The notes under the pieces are model-generated. The model made no database searches, was not told where the DNA came from, and saw only the letters and a program-made list of their open reading frames with translations. Shown in pieces: positions 18,172-26,732 of a stretch of 64,000 bases of DNA. The DNA is taken from the IMG/VR virus record IMGVR_UViG_3300045971_000208, positions 4,676 to 68,675 of that record. The stretch is one strand, 5' to 3'. Made by a program: the position numbers and the translations under genes. Within the stretch, counting starts at the first letter, position 1; each line of letters begins with the position of its first letter. Origin of the DNA: a virus.

Positions 18172-19095
18172 ATGGAACAACAATATCTAAACCTGATCAA
18201 AGACGTGTACGCAAATGGAGATGATCGCATTGATCGTACTCAGGTTGGTACTCGATCGCTATTTGGACGCCAAATTCGTGGAGACCTTTCCCAAGGTTTC
18301 CCATTGATCACAACAAAGCAAACTCATTTTAGACCAATCCTTGGTGAAATTCTCTGGTTCGTCGAAGGGAGTTCTGATGAACGTCGACTAGCCGAGATCA
18401 CCTATGGCACTCGCGATCCACAGCGCACTACTATATGGACCAAGAATGCTAATGCAGATTACTGGAAACACAAAGCACGTTTTCCTGGAGACCTAGGAGA
18501 CGTGTATGGAGTTCAATGGCGTAAGTGGACTAATGCAACATTGAAAGCAAGTGGCGATAATCTATCCCATCCAACTGGTGGCACTACTTACTTTGATGCA
18601 AAGGTTCTTGTTGAGACGCACGATCAACTCAAGAACATTGTCGAGACAATCAAGAAAGATCCAGCATCACGTCGAATGGTTCTTACAGCATTCAATGTAG
18701 GAGCAATGGATAATATGGCTCTTCCACCTTGTCACATGTTCGCACAGTTCCATGTCAATGCTCGTACTGATAAATTGAGCTGCCAAGTTTACATTCGGTC
18801 AAACGATCTGTTCCTAGGCTTGCCATTCAACATTGCGTCCTATGCTATCCTCACGCAGATGATTGCCCAAGTAACTGGTAAGGGTCTCGGCGAATTGATC
18901 ATTACTATTGGTGATGCCCACATCTATAAGAACCACTTCGAACAAATTAAAGAACAACTATCACGTAAGATGTTTGTTCCACCAGAACTTTCTATTAACC
19001 CCAAGGTAACCGATATTGATAGCTTTGAGATGTCAGACTTCTCTCTCGAAGGTTATCAATGTCACCCATCAATCCAAGCAGACATGGCAGTATGA
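18172..19095 (+). CDS. thyA: thymidylate synthase
   Basis: DRTQVGT, YGVQWR, LPPCH, RSNDLFLGLPFNIASY and HIYKNH motifs. Confidence 0.97.
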   Translation: MEQQYLNLIKDVYANGDDRIDRTQVGTRSLFGRQIRGDLSQGFPLITTKQTHFRPILGEILWFVEGSSDERRLAEITYGTRDPQRTTIWTKNANADYWKHKARFPGDLGDVYGVQWRKWTNATLKASGDNLSHPTGGTTYFDAKVLVETHDQLKNIVETIKKDPASRRMVLTAFNVGAMDNMALPPCHMFAQFHVNARTDKLSCQVYIRSNDLFLGLPFNIASYAILTQMIAQVTGKGLGELIITIGDAHIYKNHFEQIKEQLSRKMFVPPELSINPKVTDIDSFEMSDFSLEGYQCHPSIQADMAV

Positions 19096-19454
19096 ATACA
19101 AAATCCGCAATTGACTCTTTCTTTCCTCAAGACACTGTAACAGAAGAACTTCTAAAATCTATCCCTAAGAAGGTTTATAACTGGCTGGATGGATTGGGAG
19201 AAGATCTTACATGCCCAGGCAGTTATCAAACTCTCCATTGGGAGTTCAATGTTGATGACACTAGTCATGTTTCAGTAGACGTAGATGGGGAAACAGTTAC
19301 ACTCTGGTGGGAAGGCCCTCCAGATAATCCGAGCTCATTGTGCAGTGATAGCAAGAAGTTAGAAGACATCCCAAATAACATTGAGTTCTTTACTCAGCTT
19401 GAAGAAGAATTTTATTCAACGCTCGAATCATTTGAAGAAGAACGTGACCGATAA
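19092..19454 (+). CDS. acidic hypothetical protein
   Basis: ATGA overlap with thyA. Confidence 0.65.
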   Translation: MNTKSAIDSFFPQDTVTEELLKSIPKKVYNWLDGLGEDLTCPGSYQTLHWEFNVDDTSHVSVDVDGETVTLWWEGPPDNPSSLCSDSKKLEDIPNNIEFFTQLEEEFYSTLESFEEERDR

Positions 19455-19866
19455 TACTGAAATCTTTAGACATCTCCGTCCTCAGTACATTGAACATGCA
19501 CAGATGCAGTTAGTTCCTGGAACTAACGGGGGAATCTCTTTCATGCTGAAGCCTGCAGCTGAAAAGAAGTATGACTATTGGATTTACATCTGTCCAAAGG
19601 ATGTCCAATTCTCTACTAAGCAAGCTGTCAAGTCGCTTCGAGATACATCAGCTAGAGATGCAATGCCTTGGGGTACGATAGAGCTAGATGGAACTCCTAT
19701 CATTGATCAGCTAATTAGTTCTGTTCTTGCAGGGCGGCATGGTCTTCCTTCAGAAGTAACTGCCTACATTAGAGATATTCTGAGCCTATCAAACCATGCT
19801 GAAGCACGGTTAGCTGAGTATAAAGCTCTTGCTTCTACAACCAAAGTGCTATATGAAACAAATTAA
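19444..19866 (+). CDS. hypothetical protein
   Basis: GTG 19444 in frame with ORF 19381..19866. Confidence 0.6.
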   Translation: MTDNTEIFRHLRPQYIEHAQMQLVPGTNGGISFMLKPAAEKKYDYWIYICPKDVQFSTKQAVKSLRDTSARDAMPWGTIELDGTPIIDQLISSVLAGRHGLPSEVTAYIRDILSLSNHAEARLAEYKALASTTKVLYETN

Positions 19867-20320
19867 GTTTGGGGATATGCTTCAGACAACTGAAGGTATC
19901 TTAGTCCATGGATGTAATGCCCAAGGTGTTATGGGTTCTGGAATTGCCGTGTCTATTAAGAACAAATACCCAAATGCATTCGCAGACTATAAGCAATTCT
20001 GTAGTCTAACACCGATGAATGAACGTCTTTGTCAAACAATATTCTCTTATGTGGGCACTCATTTAACCATAGCAAACTGTATTACTCAACTTCACTTTGG
20101 TAAAGAAGAAGGAAAACAGTATGTCAGCTACAGAGCTATTCAAGAGTGCTTTGAATCTCTTGCTAAGAGCGCATATCAATATGGCGATCATGTCAACTAC
20201 CCTTTAATCGGTGCGGGTTTAGGTGGTGGCGACTGGGCTATCATTTCCGAGATCATCGACAACGTCTTTGCTAAGCCAGAATATGTTCACATTAACAGAA
20301 CTTTATGGATTTACGAGTAG
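19853..20320 (+). CDS. macrodomain protein (ADP-ribose processing)
   Basis: GD...VHGCNAQGVMGSGIA and PLIGAGLGGGDW motifs. Confidence 0.92.
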   Translation: MKQIKFGDMLQTTEGILVHGCNAQGVMGSGIAVSIKNKYPNAFADYKQFCSLTPMNERLCQTIFSYVGTHLTIANCITQLHFGKEEGKQYVSYRAIQECFESLAKSAYQYGDHVNYPLIGAGLGGGDWAIISEIIDNVFAKPEYVHINRTLWIYE

Positions 20321-20363
20321 ATTCTCATAAATAGTTTATCAATTATGTTTAGATAAACACCCA

Positions 20364-22088
20364 ATGCAACTCATTCAGCTGCTACAAGAAGCAAGTTCCT
20401 TACCCCTGCAAGACTTAAAGAAGGCAATGTCTAAAGACAAGCGTGCCAACCCAGTCTTCAAGAAGGATCTAAAAGTCGAAGATATCCCAGACATGGGCGC
20501 CTTCCTTACAACGCTAAAGTTCTATCTATTCAATAACGATAATGTTCGTTCATTTGTAAAGACACGCGACAACATCAAAGAAGTATTCAAGTCTGGGTAT
20601 GATGAGTTAAAGGTTCTCAAGCCAGCAGATGTTGACCAATCAAAGCTAGATGACATTCTAGAGTTCACTGCAGGTTTATTCAAAGAGCATGCATTCACTG
20701 CTAGAAACGGTATGTCTCCAGACCTAAAGAAAGAACTGAAGACTTGGGTTAACACTAGCAGCAATTACCATAACCTGTCTATGTGGGCTAGAAAAGAACT
20801 TGACTCATTGTCAGGTCTAAAGCCAGACAAGCGTATCATTCTTTATCGTGGCGTTCTATTCAGTGAGTACTCATTGAAGACTGAAAAGTCATGGGATGGC
20901 AAGATGCAAGACGGTAATGGAATGAAGTTCCTAAAGTCTATTCGCGATGGTGGTAAAGAGATCGATATCAACTGGGATAAGCCTTCAAGCTGGACAACAG
21001 ATAAAGAAGTAGCAGACAAGTTTGCTAAGTATGGTCCAGCATCATCTAATTATTCAGCAACTTTGAACTGGCTATCTCGTGGTGAAAAGAAGATTGATGG
21101 AGCTTTAGGTTATGTTATCTCCACATTTGCAAACCCACAAGACGTGCTTATTGACATGCGTAGACTAACTGCTAGCATTGAAATGAAACACGGCGGTGAA
21201 GGTGAAGTTATTCTGAAGCCTGGCTCATATGTTGGACGTGTAGTAAAGAAATATACTGTTGAAGGTGAAGTAGATCCAACAGTCAAACCAGATACTGGTG
21301 AAGATTCCGTTGCAGCTAAATCGATAGAAGCAGTTTCTAAACACACTGAATCATTCTCAATTCCAGATGATGCTAAAGAGATTTTAAAGATTGCATCTGA
21401 ATTAAGAAAGTTCTGGTCTACAGATGCAATCATGCTTCTTAAGTACCCTGACTTATTCAAGAAGCTTATCCTCAATAGCACGACTACTACTGCTACTCAT
21501 TTGCACGATAAGCTTAATGAGTGGTATAAGAAAGAATTGCATCACGTTCAAGACGAAGACCTTCGTGCAGACAAGTACGCTACTAATGCAACCTTGTCGG
21601 AAAAGATACCAAAAGTAAAGAGTGTTGTAGAACACTTTAGAGAGAAGGTTAGTCATTCTAAATTCAAGACGGATAAAAATCCTAAGGCAGTTGGCCTAAA
21701 GCATGAGTTAACAGGTGATGAGTGGCGGTCAACTATCAAGGCATTTGATGTCAATGAAGTTGAAAGAGACTTACTTAGAGACGGATACATTACATCTTCT
21801 GAAGGTGCACGTTCATTCACTAAGATCACAGATGCATTAGGTGTAGAGCTTCCATCATCAGCTCGCTTCAATCAATTTGGTGCTGCTAAACAGAAGCCAG
21901 TCATCCAAGAAACACTTAAGAAGTTTATGAAGATGGTAGGTTTGTCTTATAATGAAGAAGAACCTAAAGAAGCAGAAAAGACTATGATCAACCTTATGCG
22001 TAAAGCGTATCGCAACTATGACATGCTTAGTGACATTGAAAGAATAAAAGAACGCATGGATACGGTAAAAGACGGAGAAAAGGAATGA
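20364..22088 (+). CDS. putative virion-packaged ADP-ribosyltransferase (R-S-E type)
   Basis: MQLIQLLQE N-terminus; LYRG, SSWTT...A..FA and EGEV motifs; CATAAATA upstream. Confidence 0.65.
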   Translation: MQLIQLLQEASSLPLQDLKKAMSKDKRANPVFKKDLKVEDIPDMGAFLTTLKFYLFNNDNVRSFVKTRDNIKEVFKSGYDELKVLKPADVDQSKLDDILEFTAGLFKEHAFTARNGMSPDLKKELKTWVNTSSNYHNLSMWARKELDSLSGLKPDKRIILYRGVLFSEYSLKTEKSWDGKMQDGNGMKFLKSIRDGGKEIDINWDKPSSWTTDKEVADKFAKYGPASSNYSATLNWLSRGEKKIDGALGYVISTFANPQDVLIDMRRLTASIEMKHGGEGEVILKPGSYVGRVVKKYTVEGEVDPTVKPDTGEDSVAAKSIEAVSKHTESFSIPDDAKEILKIASELRKFWSTDAIMLLKYPDLFKKLILNSTTTTATHLHDKLNEWYKKELHHVQDEDLRADKYATNATLSEKIPKVKSVVEHFREKVSHSKFKTDKNPKAVGLKHELTGDEWRSTIKAFDVNEVERDLLRDGYITSSEGARSFTKITDALGVELPSSARFNQFGAAKQKPVIQETLKKFMKMVGLSYNEEEPKEAEKTMINLMRKAYRNYDMLSDIERIKERMDTVKDGEKE

Positions 22089-23212
22089 GTTCATTCTTAC
22101 AAATAATCAATGAGCGAGCTCCCACTGAAGCTCTAAAGTATGCAGAAGTTCTGGTGAACTTTATTGTTGGCAAGATGGATGTTGCTGAGATGAGAACAAA
22201 TCGCGGTAAGGATTTCTCTTCTACTAACATGTACCAAATTCGTGTCAAGCCAAATGATAGAGAGACTGATCTTCAGTCTATCTTGAATCAACTTCAGAAA
22301 ATATTGAAGAGCGCTGAAGCAAAGAAGTTAGGCATCAAGGACGTAGTGATCAACGATACGTCAGTTAACTCTAGTAAGTACTCTAGTGTTTCATTTGAAG
22401 CAGTAGGAACAGACTACGACGTAGTAGTCGCTAAAGGCGGTAATGGTGGTGAGCACTTTGAGCAAGACTTGCTACTTAGCATGGATAATTTTGTAGCTGG
22501 TATTGAAAGTTCAGACGAAGCGCAAAAGGCATTTGCTGCTCTTGAAGCAGTTGATAAGGCATTTAAACTCTCAAACGTTGTAGGTGTTTCTAAAAGAACA
22601 GGAACAACGAAACGCTCTGGTGATTTATCACCAGAAGAAACTGGTAAAATTATTGGAGATGTCATCGTCACATTGAAAAAGGGTGGTGAGAAATATATCT
22701 CTGTCAAAGATAGTAATGGTAAAACAGTTGCACAGTTTGGATTAGCTAAAGCTTTCAATGAAGACTTGACTGTTAATACTTCATCAACAGAATGGAAGAC
22801 GTGGCTAGCACCATTCGGATTAGAACCAAAAAAGGTTGAAGCTGGTCTTAATGCTGCTAAAAATGGAACGAAGTTAGATTTCCCTGATATTGAAACAACT
22901 TCCAAGAAAGTTAAACCTGGTTCTCCTATTCAAAAGATTATGGAGAAGCTTTGGGGCTGCGATTACTATTACCTTCGCAAGAATGGTAAAGACTTCAAAG
23001 CTTTGAAGATTGATAAAAATTACGTCGATAATGAACTGCTTAAAAATATGCAGGTTACAAAGCTATGCTATCCGTCATCAGCCCGGAAGCAAATAAACAT
23101 CTATCTCGAAAGTGATACGATGAGCTTCAAATTAGAAGTACGTAATCCCAGGGGTAAAGGTTCTGTAAAGCCAACTCAGATCCAGCTTACTATCATGAAA
23201 GGTGTCAAGTAA
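22085..23212 (+). CDS. putative virion protein with PD-(D/E)xK nuclease-like motifs
   Basis: MSSFLQIINE N-terminus; GEHFEQ...IGDVIV...YISVK. Confidence 0.5.
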   Translation: MSSFLQIINERAPTEALKYAEVLVNFIVGKMDVAEMRTNRGKDFSSTNMYQIRVKPNDRETDLQSILNQLQKILKSAEAKKLGIKDVVINDTSVNSSKYSSVSFEAVGTDYDVVVAKGGNGGEHFEQDLLLSMDNFVAGIESSDEAQKAFAALEAVDKAFKLSNVVGVSKRTGTTKRSGDLSPEETGKIIGDVIVTLKKGGEKYISVKDSNGKTVAQFGLAKAFNEDLTVNTSSTEWKTWLAPFGLEPKKVEAGLNAAKNGTKLDFPDIETTSKKVKPGSPIQKIMEKLWGCDYYYLRKNGKDFKALKIDKNYVDNELLKNMQVTKLCYPSSARKQINIYLESDTMSFKLEVRNPRGKGSVKPTQIQLTIMKGVK

Positions 23213-23218
23213 GACACC

Positions 23219-23226
23219 TATAAATA
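23219..23226 (+). promoter_or_regulatory. T4-type late promoter
   Basis: TATAAATA, just after hairpin GGTGTC/GACACC. Confidence 0.8.
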
Positions 23227-23253
23227 ACCAGTGTACATATAAGGACAGGAGAA

Positions 23254-23436
23254 ATGCCTAAAAACGAAGAATACATGCATCATCAGCCACGTAAGGCAGA
23301 TAAGAAAAAGAAGCAGCGCTTCAATGAAGATGCACCTGAAAAACGCGTAAGTCGCATTAACTTTAAAAACTACATTCGTCAACTTGAAGAAGAAGATGCG
23401 ATTAATGCAGATTTTGAAGACAGCGAACTTGAATAA
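23254..23436 (+). CDS. small charged protein
   Basis: AGGAG SD; basic N-terminus, acidic C-terminus. Confidence 0.75.
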   Translation: MPKNEEYMHHQPRKADKKKKQRFNEDAPEKRVSRINFKNYIRQLEEEDAINADFEDSELE

Positions 23437-23446
23437 GGATTAACCT

Positions 23447-23950
23447 GTGCTAGTCGTTCCAATACAAAAGGATTCCATCGAAACAAAAGATGGAGCCAAA
23501 TATAAAGTTGTAGAGTACACCAACTATAAGGAAGGTGGGCCAGCTGTTTACGCCAAATCTCCAACGAGCAAAGAAGTAGCATTAGTTTATTTCTTTGACA
23601 TCCAAAGTATTAATGGAACTAAAGTTGAGTATCAGCGTGGTACTAGGGTGTTTCATGCTCTTGGTAAAATTTCAAGAGATCAGCATCTTCCTCAACCTGA
23701 TGATAAAATTGTTGTCCTTGACAATGGTATATCTGATGACGATGATGAAACTGGAAAACAAACTGCTAAGGTTGATAGCTTGAAGCTAAAATCAAAAGCA
23801 TTAGGCATAAACAAGGGAATGTTTGTAAAAGATGATGACGGTAAAACATATCGTCTTAAGCAGATTCTGGATATTGAACCATCATTAGGTGGTGCATCAT
23901 TCAATAGAGAAGCGTTTCTAAAATACTATAAAGATTATACTGGGGTTTAA
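23447..23950 (+). CDS. hypothetical protein
   Basis: AAGGA SD; GTG start. Confidence 0.75.
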   Translation: MLVVPIQKDSIETKDGAKYKVVEYTNYKEGGPAVYAKSPTSKEVALVYFFDIQSINGTKVEYQRGTRVFHALGKISRDQHLPQPDDKIVVLDNGISDDDDETGKQTAKVDSLKLKSKALGINKGMFVKDDDGKTYRLKQILDIEPSLGGASFNREAFLKYYKDYTGV

Positions 23951-23951
23951 T

Positions 23952-24191
23952 ATGGCAAAGTTACTAGGTCACGACATCATTAACGCTGAAGAATTTGGAC
24001 AGTTTGTTGATGGTGAATATCAAATTTTTAAAGCTGCTGTTCAGAATGCTGCAGAAGCACACGCAACACTACTTACTAATGTAGCAATTACGGCTGAGCA
24101 GCATAAAAAAGAACTCCGTTTTTTAAAGATAGCATTAGCCGTTGTATTGGCAATTTCAGTTGTATCTATCTTTTTGGTATTAAAGCACTAA
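23952..24191 (+). CDS. C-terminally membrane-anchored protein
   Basis: C-terminal hydrophobic helix. Confidence 0.7.
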   Translation: MAKLLGHDIINAEEFGQFVDGEYQIFKAAVQNAAEAHATLLTNVAITAEQHKKELRFLKIALAVVLAISVVSIFLVLKH

Positions 24192-24218
24192 ATAATTGAA
24201 TACCATTGCGGAACAAGC

Positions 24219-24437
24219 ATGTCAAAATTCGGTTTCATTTCAGACTTAGAAGAAGATTCTAAATCGCCTAAGCAAAAATACCAACTGTTTGAAGCTGAGA
24301 TAGGTTTCGAAAAGGTGAGTGTATTGGTGCCCTTTGATAAGGCAGAAGACTTTGAGAAAGCAGCTCTGCATGCTAAACCAAAGAGTGCTGTGTCTCTAAT
24401 TAAATTAGCAACAAAATACGGGGGCATTAAACAATGA
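24219..24437 (+). CDS. hypothetical protein
   Basis: ORF track. Confidence 0.65.
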   Translation: MSKFGFISDLEEDSKSPKQKYQLFEAEIGFEKVSVLVPFDKAEDFEKAALHAKPKSAVSLIKLATKYGGIKQ

Positions 24438-25243
24438 CCGTATTACAGTTATTTACCAATAATGCTGTCTCGCTGCTTGACGCCCCACTAAATTCTAATG
24501 ATGCAGTAATTTATGTACAGGCTGGGTTAGGACAGGGGTTTCCGCAACCAATAAATCCAGGCGAATTCTTCTTAGTAACTCTTGAAGACATTGCCAATCC
24601 ATCTAAACGGGAAATTATAAAGTGTATTGCTAGAACTGGTGATTCACTTGTCATTGACCCTGCTGGTCGTGGGTGGGAGGGGTCAACCCCTTTAAACTGG
24701 TTAGCGCATGATACTTTAGTCGACCATCGCATTACAGCAGGTACAATTGAAGACGCTTTTTTGTCTCCTGTTTCTGGTGGGATAGGGCCGGTAGGCCCAA
24801 AGGGCGATAAGGGTGACCAGGGTATTCAGGGTATTCAAGGACCAGCTGGTCCTACTGGACCAGCTGGAACTGGTAGTGGCTCTGGTGGTGCTAGCATCGC
24901 TGGCTCTAATCAAGACCCAGTTACAGTTGAACCTGCCTGGACAAATCCAGTAACTTTACCTGTTCCATATTCTGACTTTAAACGCGGTCACAAATTTTGG
25001 GTAACAATTTACTGTCCAACAAACGGTTTAGCACAGACATTTGAAGTACTTGCTATTGTTCAGGGTCATATTTCTGCAGCAACTGAAGTAATCGAATGGA
25101 CCCGTACTAATCGCATAGGTTACAATTTTGCAGGAACATTTAACATTGTGCTAGATCGTACACTTAACAACCTAGTCTTAGATTGGACAAATAGTGAGCC
25201 ACTAATGACAGTTACTGTGCAAGTTGCACACCTTTCTCTATAA
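24434..25243 (+). CDS. structural protein with short collagen-like segment
   Basis: FTNNA.S.L N-terminus; GxY run GPVGPKGDKGDQGIQ... Confidence 0.75.
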   Translation: MTVLQLFTNNAVSLLDAPLNSNDAVIYVQAGLGQGFPQPINPGEFFLVTLEDIANPSKREIIKCIARTGDSLVIDPAGRGWEGSTPLNWLAHDTLVDHRITAGTIEDAFLSPVSGGIGPVGPKGDKGDQGIQGIQGPAGPTGPAGTGSGSGGASIAGSNQDPVTVEPAWTNPVTLPVPYSDFKRGHKFWVTIYCPTNGLAQTFEVLAIVQGHISAATEVIEWTRTNRIGYNFAGTFNIVLDRTLNNLVLDWTNSEPLMTVTVQVAHLSL

Positions 25244-25318
25244 TGCATAACATTTAATAAATAAGATTTATAAAATTCACCTCGCTCGATTCACGGGCTA
25301 ATTATTAGGAGACACTAA

Positions 25319-26713
25319 ATGTCACAAGATTTCTTCCGCATTGAGCGTGGCCTTGAGCTCGATGAAACAGTTCAAATTCTTCAAGGTTCAGGTATTCCAG
25401 GCGTCACCGGCGATTCAGTTGACGCTCCTGTAGGTTCAACATATCAAGATAGCTCTGACGGTTCTTTGTTTACGAAGATTACTGCTGGTGCTGGCGCTGA
25501 AAAATGGCAGAAAATGGCATCTGAAAAGTATGTCAATGATGCTGTCGGCTCAACAGTTTCTTGGAGAGAGCCAGTTGCAGTACGTGATAATGTAGCAACA
25601 GTTCTACCAACAGGTACAGCTGGTAATCCAACAGTTATCGATGGAGTATCAATTGCTAATGGTGGCCGAGTTCTTTTCTCAGCTATTATTGGTGGTGCTG
25701 GTAAGAACATTTATGTTTACAACCAAGCTGCTGGTACCTTCGCTGAAGATATTAACATGGAATCGACTGGCGATGCTGCTTATGTTATTGGCGGTTCTTC
25801 TGCTGGTAAGACATTCGTATTCAATGGCACGCTTTGGGTTCTTACTGACCAATCTTCACTTGACGAAGAAGGTTTTATTCGTGCATTCATTGGTAAATCT
25901 GGTGCTGGTAATGTTCCGCCAACATACATCTCCAATAACTTCATCAGTGATGGTCAAAGTTTAGAAGTTGCAGTTGGTTATCTTGATACAGCACTTGGTG
26001 CTAATGTTGCTGATGCTAATTTTGTTAGATCTGCTTTCAAGGTAAATGCTAACATTCAGGCTCTTGATACAGGTCTTGGCGCTAAGGTTTCAACTGGTAA
26101 CCATATTTCTACGGCTGACTCGACTAACCAGAACATTCAATCTCTTGACACATTTGCTGGTGCAGCACTTGGCGTAGGTAACTTTATTGCTCTTGATCAG
26201 CAATTGTCTGCTGCTATTACAGCACTTGACTCTGAGCTTGGACCAAATCTTGTTGACGGAACATATGTTCTTAATGCAGCAAAGGTAAACCAAAATATTC
26301 AAGCTCTTGATATGGGTCTTGGCGCTAAGGTTACAACTGGTTCTTATATCAGCGGTACAGTAGCAACAAATGCAAATATTCAAGCTCTTGATACAGCTCT
26401 TGCTGCAACAGCACTTCAAATATCCGTACCATCTGTTCAATCAATCACTACTATTGATTCAATCGCTGGTGCTCTTAGTGCTAAATGGCTTGTTAGAGTT
26501 ACTGATGGTACAAGTGTTTACTCAACTGAAGTTTATGCAACATCAAATGGCGTGTCTGCTGACTATACACGCTATGGTACATTGAAGCTTGGCGCTAGCA
26601 TTACGGGTCTTTCAGTAACTGTTGACCTTGATGTATCTGGTGCTCTTCGTTTGCGCGTTGCATCCGCTGGTATTGTTAGTGTTCTTGCACGTAGAGTTGG
26701 TGTTATTGCTTAA
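25319..26713 (+). CDS. fibre/structural protein with 27-aa NIQALD repeats
   Basis: AGGAG SD; AATAAATA upstream; repeats at 81-nt period (26051, 26132...). Confidence 0.8.
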   Translation: MSQDFFRIERGLELDETVQILQGSGIPGVTGDSVDAPVGSTYQDSSDGSLFTKITAGAGAEKWQKMASEKYVNDAVGSTVSWREPVAVRDNVATVLPTGTAGNPTVIDGVSIANGGRVLFSAIIGGAGKNIYVYNQAAGTFAEDINMESTGDAAYVIGGSSAGKTFVFNGTLWVLTDQSSLDEEGFIRAFIGKSGAGNVPPTYISNNFISDGQSLEVAVGYLDTALGANVADANFVRSAFKVNANIQALDTGLGAKVSTGNHISTADSTNQNIQSLDTFAGAALGVGNFIALDQQLSAAITALDSELGPNLVDGTYVLNAAKVNQNIQALDMGLGAKVTTGSYISGTVATNANIQALDTALAATALQISVPSVQSITTIDSIAGALSAKWLVRVTDGTSVYSTEVYATSNGVSADYTRYGTLKLGASITGLSVTVDLDVSGALRLRVASAGIVSVLARRVGVIA

Positions 26714-26732
26714 TTTTTAAAGGTTACATCTT

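Noticed and set aside
25272-25321. Possible third copy of the fibre leader (TCACCT...GGAGACACTA)
   Set aside because: Shares only the SD region and TCACCT; lacks the CCGG loops and the TAGTG/CACTA stem.
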